In this document: piece by piece, positions 18,908 to 28,633 of the stretch
How positions within the stretch are numbered: position 1 is the first letter of the stretch
How the letters are laid out: each line of letters opens with the position of its first letter
Source of the DNA: an uncultured Acidobacteriota bacterium
GTDB lineage: Bacteria; Acidobacteriota; Terriglobia; Acidiferrales; UBA7541
Length of the DNA: 64,000 nucleotides
NCBI GenBank assembly: GCA_963711875.1
Contig: CAVQFW010000006.1
Coordinates: forward strand, 227,040-291,039
Direction of reading: 5' to 3'
The notes under the pieces: model-generated
Seen by the model: only the letters and a program-made list of their open reading frames with translations
The model's database searches: none
What the model was told of the DNA's origin: nothing
Position numbers and translations under genes: made by a program

Positions 18908-20257
18908 ATGAACGCAGATAAACCGGAAACGGGCGACCATCGAGGATCGAGGCGCGTGCTGATCCTGGCGAGCAAGCTGGGGTACCAGACGCGCGGATTC
19001 GCGGAGGCCGCGGAGAAATTGGGCGTGAGCGTGGTGTTTGGAACGGATCGGTGTCATCAACTGGAGAATCCGTGGGGCGACGATGCGCTGGCGCTACACT
19101 TCGAAAAACCGCGCGAGGCGGCGCGCGAAATCGTGGAATCGCTAGGCCGGAATTCAGCGGGAGACGATTCGTCGGCGAGAGAACCGGTGGCAGCCGTGAT
19201 TGCGCTCGGCGACCGGCCTACTCCGGCGGCGGCGTATGCGGCGCAGGATTTGGGCGTAGCCGGGAATTCGCCGGAAGCAGCGGAAATTTGCCGGAGCAAA
19301 TTGCGGCAGAGAGAAACGTTGCGCGCGGCCGGCATTCGCGTGCCGGATTTTTTCGCGTTTTCAGCCGGGGAAGATTTGAGCGGCGTGCTGCGGCGTGTGA
19401 AATTTCCGTGCGTGGTGAAGCCGCTCTCCCTTGCCGCCAGCCAAGGCGTGATTCGCGCGAACGATGCGGCAGAATTTGCGGGCGCGGTGAACCGAATTCG
19501 CATGCTGCTCGAATCGCCGGAAATTCAAGTGCTGCGCGAGCCGGGAACGGATCGTCTTTTGGTCGAGAGCTATGTTCCCGGGCGGGAAGTGGCCGTGGAG
19601 GGGCTGATCGATCTCGGACGGCTGCGCGTATTGGCAATTTTCGATAAGCCGGATGCGCTCGAAGGCCCGTATTTCGAGGAGACGATTTACGTCACGCCGT
19701 CGCGTTTGCCGGACGAGACGCAGGCAGCGATTCGGGAGTGCGCGGCGCGTGCGATCGCAGCGCTGGGATTGACCACCGGACCGGTGCACGCGGAATTTCG
19801 GGTGAATGAAGAAGGACCGTGGGTGCTGGAAGTGGCGCCGCGTCCAATCGGCGGCTTGTGTTCGCGGGCGCTGCGATTCGGCGTCGAGCGGATCTCGCTC
19901 GAAGAGTTGTTACTGCGTCATGCGCTGCGGCTCGAAGGGAGCGCGCTCGAGCGGGAAGATGCGGGTTCGGGCGTGATGATGATTCCAGTACCGCGCAGCG
20001 GAATTTTTGAGGGCGTAGAGGGGATGGAGGATGCCGAGAAAATCGCGAGCGTGACGGAAATTCGAATTACAGCGCGATTGCGGGATTACGTGGCGTCTTG
20101 GCCGGAGGGAGCAAGCTATTTGGGATTTATCTTTGCGCGGGCGGATTCTGCAGCGCGTGTGGAAGCTGCATTGCGCGAAGCGCACTCGAAATTGCGGTTT
20201 CGATTCTCGCCGCGATTGCCGGTGGAGCATCCCGTGACGCGGCAAATGGGAATCTAG
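18908..20257 (+). CDS. ATP-grasp domain protein
   Basis: 449 aa with an N-terminal pre-ATP-grasp Rossmann-like segment (VLILASKLGYQTRGF). Central region FPCVVKPLSLAASQGVIRAN...LLVESYVPGREVAVEG is typical of ATP-grasp ligases. Confidence 0.8.
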   Translation: MNADKPETGDHRGSRRVLILASKLGYQTRGFAEAAEKLGVSVVFGTDRCHQLENPWGDDALALHFEKPREAAREIVESLGRNSAGDDSSAREPVAAVIALGDRPTPAAAYAAQDLGVAGNSPEAAEICRSKLRQRETLRAAGIRVPDFFAFSAGEDLSGVLRRVKFPCVVKPLSLAASQGVIRANDAAEFAGAVNRIRMLLESPEIQVLREPGTDRLLVESYVPGREVAVEGLIDLGRLRVLAIFDKPDALEGPYFEETIYVTPSRLPDETQAAIRECAARAIAALGLTTGPVHAEFRVNEEGPWVLEVAPRPIGGLCSRALRFGVERISLEELLLRHALRLEGSALEREDAGSGVMMIPVPRSGIFEGVEGMEDAEKIASVTEIRITARLRDYVASWPEGASYLGFIFARADSAARVEAALREAHSKLRFRFSPRLPVEHPVTRQMGI

Positions 20258-20311
20258 GGGCTAGATAAAAGAGGCGGCTGGAGACCGGCGATAGGAAAAA
20301 CCGGGCCGCGC

Positions 20312-20653
20312 TCAGCCTTTGGCTTTTGGCGCGACGTAGCCTTCGGGGAGTTTGGCGCCTTCGCCGAAGAAAAACTGCTCGAGTTGTTCTTCCATGATTT
20401 TTTGGGAGTTGGGATCGAGAGGATTCAGGCGGTACTCGTTCATGATCATCTTGGAATGCTCGAGCCAGAGTTTCCATGCGTCTTTTGAGACATTTTCGTA
20501 AACGCGCTTGCCGATTTCACCCTTCCAGGGAACCCGATCGAGCCCGGGGAGCTCGCGTCCGAATTTCACGCATTTGACCATACGGGCGGTTTGACCTGCG
20601 GGCTGCGAAGGAACGGCCGGGGGCGTGTTGTCTGCACATTTTTCGTCGGCCAT
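20312..20653 (-). CDS. yggX: Fe(II)-trafficking / oxidative-damage protection protein, YggX family
   Basis: [53 protein letters not shown] matches YggX. The start is ambiguous: ATG 20653 (MADEK...) or ATG 20581 (MVKC...). Confidence 0.8.
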   Translation of the reverse strand: MADEKCADNTPPAVPSQPAGQTARMVKCVKFGRELPGLDRVPWKGEIGKRVYENVSKDAWKLWLEHSKMIMNEYRLNPLDPNSQKIMEEQLEQFFFGEGAKLPEGYVAPKAKG

Positions 20654-20675
20654 GAATCCCTCCCGAACCTTGATG

Positions 20676-20706
20676 TGAATGATGCATTCCCAAGATACTT
20701 CATTCA
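20676..20706. promoter_or_regulatory. Inverted repeats in the yggX/zwf divergent promoter region
   Basis: TGAATGA (20676-20682) pairs with TCATTCA (20700-20706). A nested palindrome GAATG-atg-CATTC spans 20677-20689. Confidence 0.3.
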
Positions 20707-20854
20707 CTCCGGGAATTCCAGTTCGCGGCCGATGGAAGCGAGATGCGAACATGGAGCATCCGATGCGAATGGGATTGCCCTTGCGGTATCGGCTCCATTT
20801 TGAGAGAAAGATAGACTCGCATCGCGACGCTGGAAGGACTACCGGAGACGACCG

Positions 20855-22387
20855 ATGAATACCCCCGCGACGAACACAGTAGAAGCGCCCCAGATGGATG
20901 CCTATTACTGCGAGGTTCCGAACGATCCTTGTACGATCGTGATGTTCGGTGCATCAGGCGACCTGGCGCGGCGGAAACTTCTGCCCGCACTGTACGATTT
21001 GGCGGTGCACGCGTGCCTCGCGCCTCGGTTTCGCTTGCTCGGATTTGCGCGCACGGAAATGAGCGACGACGATTTTCGAAGCCGGGCGAGCGAATTCTTG
21101 CCGAAAGCCGGAGTCGGCGATGCCAACCTCGAAGAATTTGTGAAGCACTTGAGTTATTTCAGCGGCGATTATGACGATCCGGCTGCCTACCAGCGACTCG
21201 CGCAGCGGCTGACAGAAATCGATCGCGACGCGAATTTGCACGGGAACCGGCTCTTCTATTTGGCGACTCCGCCCGATGTCTACTTGAAGATCATCGAGCA
21301 GATCGGAAAAGCGGGCCTCGCGAAGCCGATGAGCGACAAATCGTGGACCCGCGTGATTATCGAGAAGCCGTTTGGGCACGACAAGGCGTCGGCATGCGAT
21401 TTGAATGCGAAGGTGCTGAACGTTTTCAACGAGTCGCAGGTGTACCGGATCGATCATTACCTCGGCAAAGAAACGGTGCAGAACATGTTGGTGTTCCGGT
21501 TCGGCAACGGAATTTTTGAGCCGCTATGGAATCGGAACTATATCGATCACGTGCAGATTACGGCGGCGGAATCGCTGGGTGTGGAACGCCGCGGCGGATT
21601 TTACGAGAATACCGGTGCGCTGCGGGACATGATTCAGAGCCATGTCCTGCAATTGACGTCGCTCGTGGCGATGGAAGCGCCGGCAACGTTTGACGCAACG
21701 GCGGTGCGCAACGAAAAGATCAAAGTGCTGCAGTCGATTCGACCGTTTACGGCGGAATCGATTTGGAAATCAGTCGTGCGTGGACAATATGGGCCGGGCA
21801 CCGTAGGCGGAAAATCGGTAGCCGGGTACCGGCAGGAGCCGGGCGTCAAACCGGATTCTGCGACGGAGACTTTCGTCGCCCTGAAGTTGCACGTCGATAA
21901 CTGGCGATGGAGCGGCGTGCCGTTCTATTTGCGAACGGGGAAGCGGCTGGCGCGGCCGGGCACGGAAGTAGCGATCGGATTCAAGAAGGCGCCGCACATG
22001 GTGTTTCAGGGCGAGAGCGTAGATGCCAACTCGCTCGTGCTGAATATTCAACCGGACGAAGGGATTTCTCTTTCGTTCGGAGCAAAGGCGCCGGGCGGAC
22101 ACATGCAGATACGTCCGGTGACGATGGATTTCCGGTACAAGCAGGCGTTTGGAGGCGGATCGCGCGACGCGTACGCAACATTGATTAATGATTGCATACG
22201 GGGCGATGCGACGCTGTTTGACCGCGCCGACAGCGTGGAAGCCGCATGGGCGCTGGTGGATCCGATTCTCGAAACGTGGCGAACCGGCGCTCCGCCGCCG
22301 TTTCCGAATTATCCCGCCGGAAGCCAGGGGCCGAAGGCTTCGGACGATTTGACCGTGACGGATGGACGCCGCTGGCGTCAGCTCTAG
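20855..22387 (+). CDS. zwf: Glucose-6-phosphate 1-dehydrogenase
   Basis: [16 protein letters not shown] (NADP-binding) and RIDHYLGKE motifs; 510 aa. Confidence 0.95.
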   Translation: MNTPATNTVEAPQMDAYYCEVPNDPCTIVMFGASGDLARRKLLPALYDLAVHACLAPRFRLLGFARTEMSDDDFRSRASEFLPKAGVGDANLEEFVKHLSYFSGDYDDPAAYQRLAQRLTEIDRDANLHGNRLFYLATPPDVYLKIIEQIGKAGLAKPMSDKSWTRVIIEKPFGHDKASACDLNAKVLNVFNESQVYRIDHYLGKETVQNMLVFRFGNGIFEPLWNRNYIDHVQITAAESLGVERRGGFYENTGALRDMIQSHVLQLTSLVAMEAPATFDATAVRNEKIKVLQSIRPFTAESIWKSVVRGQYGPGTVGGKSVAGYRQEPGVKPDSATETFVALKLHVDNWRWSGVPFYLRTGKRLARPGTEVAIGFKKAPHMVFQGESVDANSLVLNIQPDEGISLSFGAKAPGGHMQIRPVTMDFRYKQAFGGGSRDAYATLINDCIRGDATLFDRADSVEAAWALVDPILETWRTGAPPPFPNYPAGSQGPKASDDLTVTDGRRWRQL

Positions 22388-22445
22388 AGCCGGCGTCCGC
22401 ACTCGTGAACAATCGATCGTAGAAATTTGATTCGGAGGATTCTCG

Positions 22446-23405
22446 ATGCTTCTCGGCGGCGACCTGGGTGGAACAAAAACCAATCTCGGGTTGTTCGACG
22501 CGACCGGAGGAAAACTCAAGCGGGTCGCGCACAAACGATATGCAACGGGGGCGTTCAGCGGGCTCGAAGCTGTGGTGACGGATTTTCTCGCCGAAACGGG
22601 CGGGAAGGTGACCGGGGCTTCATTTGGGATCGCCGGGCCTGTGGTTGAAAACCGGGTGCACGCGACGAATTTTCCTTGGATTGTGGATGGCGCGGAGATC
22701 GCGCGACATTTAGCACTGAGCCGGGTGCGCTTGTTGAACGATTTGGAAGCGGCAGCCTTCGGACTCAGCGTGATGGAGCCGGCCGACCTCGAGGTGATCC
22801 ATCCCGGCGTGCCCGCTCCGGAAGCGAATCGCGTGGTGATCGCAGCGGGGACGGGACTCGGCGAAGCGATTCTTTTCTGGGACGGCAAGCAACACTTGCC
22901 GATGGCGACGGAAGGCGGCCATGCGGATTTCGCGCCGCACACGGATCAGCAGGCTGACTTGTGGAAGTTCTTGAAGAAGCGCGGAGAATTCGTGAGCGCG
23001 GAGAATATCTTGTCGGGTGGCGGATTCAAGCGCGTGCACGAATTTCTAAATCCTTCCATGCGGCATGATTTCGATGAGCCGGGGGTGGATCCCGCACCTG
23101 GAATCACGCAGCGCGGCCTTTGCGGGGAGTGTCCGGTGTGCGAGGCGACGCTCGACCTGTGGGTCGAGATTTACGGGTCGGAAGCGGGGAATCTGGCGGT
23201 GCGCGCAGTGGCGCGAGGCGGGATTTTTGTGACCGGCGGAGTTGCGCTAAAACTATTGCCGAAGATGACGGATGGGCGATTTCTCGCAGCAGTGAGAGAC
23301 AAAGAAAAAATGGGGGAGTTTTTGGAGCAGATTCCCGTCGTGATTGTGTTGAATGAGGAATGCCCTCTGATGGGCGCGGCGTATGTGGCTTGGAAGGGTT
23401 TGTAG
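22446..23405 (+). CDS. glk: Glucokinase
   Basis: MLLGGDLGGTKTNLGLFD N-terminus, 319 aa, immediately downstream of zwf. Confidence 0.85.
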   Translation: MLLGGDLGGTKTNLGLFDATGGKLKRVAHKRYATGAFSGLEAVVTDFLAETGGKVTGASFGIAGPVVENRVHATNFPWIVDGAEIARHLALSRVRLLNDLEAAAFGLSVMEPADLEVIHPGVPAPEANRVVIAAGTGLGEAILFWDGKQHLPMATEGGHADFAPHTDQQADLWKFLKKRGEFVSAENILSGGGFKRVHEFLNPSMRHDFDEPGVDPAPGITQRGLCGECPVCEATLDLWVEIYGSEAGNLAVRAVARGGIFVTGGVALKLLPKMTDGRFLAAVRDKEKMGEFLEQIPVVIVLNEECPLMGAAYVAWKGL

Positions 23406-23409
23406 GGCG

Positions 23410-23430
23410 CCCGAAATACTTCGGGTTTTT
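23410..23430 (+). terminator. Rho-independent terminator after glk
   Basis: CCCGAA (23410-23415), loop atac, TTCGGG (23420-23425), then TTTTT (23426-23430). Confidence 0.65.
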
Positions 23431-23536
23431 GAGTTTGCCTGCCAGTGAGTTCTTCGGTCTATCCCCAGTGAAATTCGAAAAGCAATAATCGGCGGGCGAG
23501 GAGAGCGCCTCTCGCATGTGCCGAGCGCGCGTTGGA

Positions 23537-24163
23537 TCACGCCGTTTGGCGAGACTTACTTCGTTTGTAACGGTAGAGGATGTACAGCGAGATGGCTACG
23601 GAAACGACGATGAACGTGATGAGAATCGGTTTGGAGTGGCTGGTGACGAGAGTGATGATCTGCCGGCCGTAGTATGCGCCCAGGCAGGCGAGGATCGTGA
23701 ACCGAATGGCGCGACCGATCGTGAGCGCAATGAGAAACTTGTTGCGCGAATATTGCATGGCGCCGGCGGCGATTAGAAATGGAACCATGGGAGATGGCGG
23801 CGGAAGAAGCGCGGGAACCATGACGGCGCCGAAGCCCCACTTCTCAAATGCTTTTGTGACTTGGTTTATTCGGCGGCGGGAAATTCTGTGCTCCATGGAA
23901 GCCTTACCCTGCCGGCGCGCGATGTGGTAGGTGATGTAACCGCCCATGACGGAGCCGATCGTCGCCATCAAAGCGAAGTATGGCCAGAGTGTCCGTTGCT
24001 TGGCGGCAAGAATGATCGTGAGCGCATCCATGCTGCCGGGAACGGGAATCACGGAGCCATCGATCACGCCGAGGATGATCAAGCCCGGGCCGCCCAGGTG
24101 GCGAACCCAGTGGAAGAATCCTGTGGCGGGTTTGGCGAGCTCGATGGCGTGATGGATCAGCAT
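23537..24163 (-). CDS. YqaA/DedA-superfamily membrane protein
   Basis: 208 aa with GGPGLIILGVIDGSVIPVPGSMDALTIILA, typical of the YqaA-like family. Confidence 0.65.
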   Translation of the reverse strand: MLIHHAIELAKPATGFFHWVRHLGGPGLIILGVIDGSVIPVPGSMDALTIILAAKQRTLWPYFALMATIGSVMGGYITYHIARRQGKASMEHRISRRRINQVTKAFEKWGFGAVMVPALLPPPSPMVPFLIAAGAMQYSRNKFLIALTIGRAIRFTILACLGAYYGRQIITLVTSHSKPILITFIVVSVAISLYILYRYKRSKSRQTA

Positions 24164-24393
24164 GCAATTTTCCGGAGTGCGTCGATATGCTTGTTTGCCG
24201 CTCTGCTGTTAGATTCGCTTGGTTGCAGGCATGATGGATGTGAATAAATCATAGCTCGCAACGCTCTAGTTCGCTATCGGCAATTCCCGCGAATTTCGCT
24301 ACCGAATCGCTGTAAAGCTTCTCTCAAAACTCCACCACGTTAGAAGACGCCTTTGCGCGGCGTGCGGTTTCACGATGATTCCGCGCGTCCGTC

Positions 24394-25815
24394 GTGAGTG
24401 CGGGTGATACTATGCCGCCGAATTCCGCGGAGGTTTTTTTGGTTGCAACAACGACACGCGAATCGGGACCGGCCGCTCCCGCGCAGGGGTTAAAGCGCGA
24501 CCTGGGACTCGGCTCGGCGACCGCGGCAGTGGCTGGCGAAGTGATCGCGGTCGGAATTTTTCTTACGCCGGCAGGGATGGCGAAAGCGCTCGGATCGCCG
24601 ATGTGGATCTTGATCGTTTGGGTGGCTGTGGGCGCGATGACTCTGAGCGGAGCGTTGTGCTACGGAGAACTCGCGGGGCGATTCCCGAGGGCGGGCGGGA
24701 CATATATATTTTTGTGGGAGTGCTTCGGCGCGCGGATCGCGTTTCTCTACGGATGGATGAGCTTGCTGGTGATGGAGCCGGGGCTGACGGCGGCGTTCGG
24801 AACCGGGCTCGCGGGATATGCAGCCTACATTTTTCATTGGTCGCCGGCGCAAATAAAAACCGCGGCGATCGCGGCGATTTGGTCACTTTGTGTTTTGAAC
24901 ATGGTGAGCACGAGGATGAGCGCGGGCTTTTTGCGCTGGTTGACGTGGCTGAAATTTGCAGTGCTCGGGACGCTCGTGATTTGGGCGATCGCGTTCCGGC
25001 TCGGCGCGTGGTCGAATTTTGTGCCGTTTGTTGCGCAGCGGCAAGGGGCTCTGCCACTGGCGCCGGCGCTTGGCATTGCAATTGTGTCGGCATTTTTTTC
25101 GTTCGGCGGGTGGTGGGACGCTACCAAAATCGCCGGCGAGGTCCGCGATCCCACTAAGACGCTGCCGCGCGCATTGGCGCTCGGCGTTGTGTCGGTGACT
25201 GCCGTATATATTCTGGTGAGCGGAATATTCTGGTATCTGATTCCGTTCGAGAAGGTCACGTCAGACGGAGCATTCGTCGCAATGGCCGGCGCAGTGTTAT
25301 TCGGGCCGGCAGGCGGGATCGTGTTTTCGGCGATTGTTGTGATGTGTGTGCTGGGAAGCTTGGCGGCGGTGATCATGTCGTCACCTCGCGTCTACTATGC
25401 GATGGCGAAGGACGGCTTGTTCATCGCCGCCGTGGCGGAGACGCATCCGCGATTCGGCACCCCGGCGCGCGCGGTTGCGATCCAGGGAATTCTGGCAACG
25501 GTGCTGGTGGTGGCGGGGAGTTTTCAGCAAATCGTCTCGTATTTTATTTTTGTCGCGGTGGCATTTATCGGGCTCGCGGTAGCAGGTTTATTCGTTCTGA
25601 GGCGGCGGCAACAGCCGCTCGAGGGAGCGATGGCGACGCCAGGGTATCCGGTGACTCCGTTCGGGTTCTTGCTCTTGACTGTCGTCATGCTCGCATTGCT
25701 CGTCGTCCACAGCCCGCGCGAGGCGTTGCTGGGCAGTGCGGTAGTGCTCGCGGGATTGCCTGTTTTCGAGTGGATGAAAAGAACTTCTGTGCGCAACGGT
25801 GCACGAATCGGCTAA
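24394..25815 (+). CDS. APC-superfamily amino acid permease
   Basis: About 12 TM helices with GSATAAVAGEVIAVGIFLTPAG near the N-terminus. GTG 24394 or ATG 24412 start. Confidence 0.85.
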   Translation: MSAGDTMPPNSAEVFLVATTTRESGPAAPAQGLKRDLGLGSATAAVAGEVIAVGIFLTPAGMAKALGSPMWILIVWVAVGAMTLSGALCYGELAGRFPRAGGTYIFLWECFGARIAFLYGWMSLLVMEPGLTAAFGTGLAGYAAYIFHWSPAQIKTAAIAAIWSLCVLNMVSTRMSAGFLRWLTWLKFAVLGTLVIWAIAFRLGAWSNFVPFVAQRQGALPLAPALGIAIVSAFFSFGGWWDATKIAGEVRDPTKTLPRALALGVVSVTAVYILVSGIFWYLIPFEKVTSDGAFVAMAGAVLFGPAGGIVFSAIVVMCVLGSLAAVIMSSPRVYYAMAKDGLFIAAVAETHPRFGTPARAVAIQGILATVLVVAGSFQQIVSYFIFVAVAFIGLAVAGLFVLRRRQQPLEGAMATPGYPVTPFGFLLLTVVMLALLVVHSPREALLGSAVVLAGLPVFEWMKRTSVRNGARIG

Positions 25816-25990
25816 ACGTCGCGTACCTTCCTGTAGAAACGCGCGCGATTCCCTGTAGCAGCCAAATTATGATTGACTTGATTCAGCCAACGGTGCCAAA
25901 AATTGTTCGGCCACTTGTTTGCCAGGCTCGCACACGAGGCCCGCACACGTTGTGCACCTCGTACACTTCGTCCCACAGGATTGACAGCCC

Positions 25991-26683
25991 ATGACACTAA
26001 AAGAATATCGCGAGAAGCGGCGGTTCGCAGTGACGCCCGAGCCGGCGGGAAAAACCGCAGCAGAAAATCGCAAAGATGCGCCGCGCATCTTCGTAGTGCA
26101 AAAGCACCGCGCATCGCGGCTGCACTACGATTTCAGACTGGAGTGGAACGGAACTCTGCTCTCGTGGGCGGTGCCGAAGGGCCCGTCGCCCGATCCTTCC
26201 GTGAAGCGCCTTGCGATGCAGGTGGAGGATCATCCCATCGACTACGCGAATTTTGAAGGCGTGATACCGGAGGGCGAATACGGCGGCGGAACGGTAATGG
26301 TTTGGGACAAAGGAACGTGGGAGCCGGAGCAGCCCGATCCTGAAGCGGCGCTCAAGAAGGGCGACCTGAAGTTCACGCTCCACGGCAAGAAATTGCATGG
26401 CTCTTGGGTCCTGGTGCGCACGTACGGTTTCGGAGGGAGCAGCAAGCCTTCGTGGCTGCTGATTAAACACCGCGATAAGTACGCGTCTTCGAAAGACTTG
26501 ACGGTAGCGGAACCGAAGTCGGCGCTCAGCAATCGGCTTCTCGCGGATATTGCGCGCGATGGTGGAGGCGACGTGGAACTCGCCGCCACCGGCGATCCCG
26601 CCGGCAAATCCGCACCCAAGAAAACTTCCAAGCGAGCGAAGCCGGCGCCCGCGGCGAAAAGTCCGCGGAAGCGCAGAGCGTAG
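25991..26683 (+). CDS. Stand-alone LigD 3'-phosphoesterase (PE) domain protein with Lys/Ala/Pro-rich basic tail
   Basis: YREKRRFAVTPEPAG...FVVQKHRASRLHYDFRLEWNGTLLSWAVPKGPS is the LigD-PE signature. The tail is GKSAPKKTSKRAKPAPAAKSPRKRRA. Confidence 0.85.
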   Translation: MTLKEYREKRRFAVTPEPAGKTAAENRKDAPRIFVVQKHRASRLHYDFRLEWNGTLLSWAVPKGPSPDPSVKRLAMQVEDHPIDYANFEGVIPEGEYGGGTVMVWDKGTWEPEQPDPEAALKKGDLKFTLHGKKLHGSWVLVRTYGFGGSSKPSWLLIKHRDKYASSKDLTVAEPKSALSNRLLADIARDGGGDVELAATGDPAGKSAPKKTSKRAKPAPAAKSPRKRRA

Positions 26684-26724
26684 ATTCCCGAGTAAGCGAC
26701 GATCCCAAGGAGCCATTCCACCGC

Positions 26725-27648
26725 GTGAGCGACCGAATTCCATTTCGCGTTCAACCCATGCTCGCGACGCTCGTCCGCGCGCCGTTCCACAAGCCCGGCT
26801 GGGTCTACGAGGAAAAATACGATGGCATTCGAATCCTCGCTTACAAAGAAGGCAGCCGCGTGCGGTTGGTCTCAAGAAACGAAATCGATCGAACCAGCGG
26901 ATTTCCCGGAATTGCCGATGCAGTCCGCGCGCTCAAGCCCGCCACCCTTTTGCTAGATGGCGAAGTCGTAGTGTTCGATCGGAAAAAAGTGTCGCGATTC
27001 CAATTGCTGCAGAAGGGAAAGGGCCACGCTGCGTACGCCGTTTTCGATTGCCTCTACCGCGCGGGAAAAGATTTGCGCCGGGAGCCGCTTTCGATTCGGC
27101 GCGTCGAAATGGAGAAATCGCTGGGTACGAATAGCACGCTGATTCCTTCGCGTCGCCTCGCAAAGAATGGTCTCGAAGCTTTCGAGGAAGCGAAGCGGCG
27201 AGGTTTCGAGGGCCTCGTCGCAAAGGATCTCGCCTCGCCTTATGTCGAAAAGCGCTCGAATGCCTGGCTGAAGGTCAAGGTCCATCAGGAAGATGAATTC
27301 GTGATCGGAGGAATCACGAAACCCGAAGGCGCGCGAAAATATTTTGGTGCGCTGCTGCTGGGGGCGTATCAGGCCGGACAATTGCACTACGTCGGGAAAG
27401 TGGGCACCGGGTTCGACGAAAGCGCGCTTGCATCGCTCTATAAAACATTTCGATCGCTCGTGTCCCAACGGTCGCGGTTCGTGGAACTCCTGCGCGAGAA
27501 AGGCGTCACATATCTCGAGCCAAAACTGGTGGCGCAAATCTCGTTTCAGGAGTGGACGGCAGAAATGAAACTGCGCCAGCCCGTTTTTCTGGGATTGCGC
27601 GATGACAAGAAGCCCAAGGAAGTTCAGCTGCCGGAGCCGCAAAAATGA
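26725..27648 (+). CDS. ligD: ATP-dependent DNA ligase (LigD ligase domain as a separate gene)
   Basis: PMLATLV...GWVYEEKYDGIRILAY (KxDG adenylation motif I) and LLLDGEVVVFD. 307 aa. Confidence 0.9.
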   Translation: MSDRIPFRVQPMLATLVRAPFHKPGWVYEEKYDGIRILAYKEGSRVRLVSRNEIDRTSGFPGIADAVRALKPATLLLDGEVVVFDRKKVSRFQLLQKGKGHAAYAVFDCLYRAGKDLRREPLSIRRVEMEKSLGTNSTLIPSRRLAKNGLEAFEEAKRRGFEGLVAKDLASPYVEKRSNAWLKVKVHQEDEFVIGGITKPEGARKYFGALLLGAYQAGQLHYVGKVGTGFDESALASLYKTFRSLVSQRSRFVELLREKGVTYLEPKLVAQISFQEWTAEMKLRQPVFLGLRDDKKPKEVQLPEPQK

Positions 27649-28562
27649 AGAAGGCCCAAGCGAAATCAGCAAGCGCGAAGAAGTTTCCGGTGAACATTTC
27701 GAATCCGGACAAAGTTTTCTGGCCGGCCGAAGGGTACACGAAAAGCGATCTGGCGGAATTTTACCTCGCGATCTTCCCGAAGCTCGCGCCTTACGTAAAA
27801 GATCGTATCCTGACGCTCGAGCGCTGCCCGGACGGAATGGCCGGCGAATGTTTCTATCAAAAAGAGTTGCCCAAAGGCATGCCGGCCGGTACGCCGACGG
27901 AACGAATCAAGAACGAAGGAGGGAGCCGCCCCTTCACAAACTATGTAGTTGGCGGCGCGCTCGAGACTCAACTCGCGCTCGTCAATCTCGGCTGCATTGC
28001 GGTTCACGCGATGGGTGGCCGCGCGAGCTCACCGCGCCAGCCCGACTGGGTGTGCTTCGATCTCGATCCCGAATCGGGGAAATTTGCGGACGCAGCGAAG
28101 GCAGGGCTCTACGTCAGGGAAGCACTTGACGCGCTGAAACTCGACTCATTTCCGAAGACCTCGGGAAGTCGCGGCATGCACGTCTTCGTGCCGATTCGCG
28201 TGGGGCCGGATGTGAGCGACGTGCTGACGTTCGCGCAGGAGTTCGTTGCGCGAGTAGCCGCAGCTCATCCGAAGGAGTTAACCGTCGAGCATTCCATTGC
28301 GGCTCGAAAAGGACGCGTCTACCTGGATCCGTTTCGAAATGGCTTTGGCCAGACGGTCGTGACGCCTTATTCGGTGCGACGGAAGCCGAAAGCGCCGGTC
28401 TCGACGCCGCTCGCATGGTCCGAGGCAAAGCCGGGGCTTGTGCCCTCCGATTTCAACATCGGGAATTTTGCAGCACGTGCCAGACGCGCTGATCCGTGGA
28501 AGGATTTCTTTCGCAGCCGGCAGTCGCTCGAACCGGCTATCCAGCGGTTAAAAAAACTCTGA
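27645..28562 (+). CDS. LigD polymerase/primase domain protein (separate gene)
   Basis: ISNPDKVFWPAEGYTKSDLAEFY...LTLERCPDG...KTSGSRGMHVFVP. ATGA stop/start overlap with the ligase gene. Confidence 0.9.
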   Translation: MKKAQAKSASAKKFPVNISNPDKVFWPAEGYTKSDLAEFYLAIFPKLAPYVKDRILTLERCPDGMAGECFYQKELPKGMPAGTPTERIKNEGGSRPFTNYVVGGALETQLALVNLGCIAVHAMGGRASSPRQPDWVCFDLDPESGKFADAAKAGLYVREALDALKLDSFPKTSGSRGMHVFVPIRVGPDVSDVLTFAQEFVARVAAAHPKELTVEHSIAARKGRVYLDPFRNGFGQTVVTPYSVRRKPKAPVSTPLAWSEAKPGLVPSDFNIGNFAARARRADPWKDFFRSRQSLEPAIQRLKKL

Positions 28563-28633
28563 CTCAAGCGAGACGATTGTTTCCACGCGACCGTTGCGCG
28601 GGAGCGTTCCTGAACAGCCGCGCCTCGCGCACC

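Noticed and set aside
20672-20690. Fur box in the yggX/zwf intergenic region
   Set aside because: Only about 9 of 19 positions match GATAATGATAATCATTATC. It is reported as an unassigned palindrome instead.
21770-22942. 390-aa minus-strand ORF
   Set aside because: Antisense to zwf and glk, which have unambiguous signatures.
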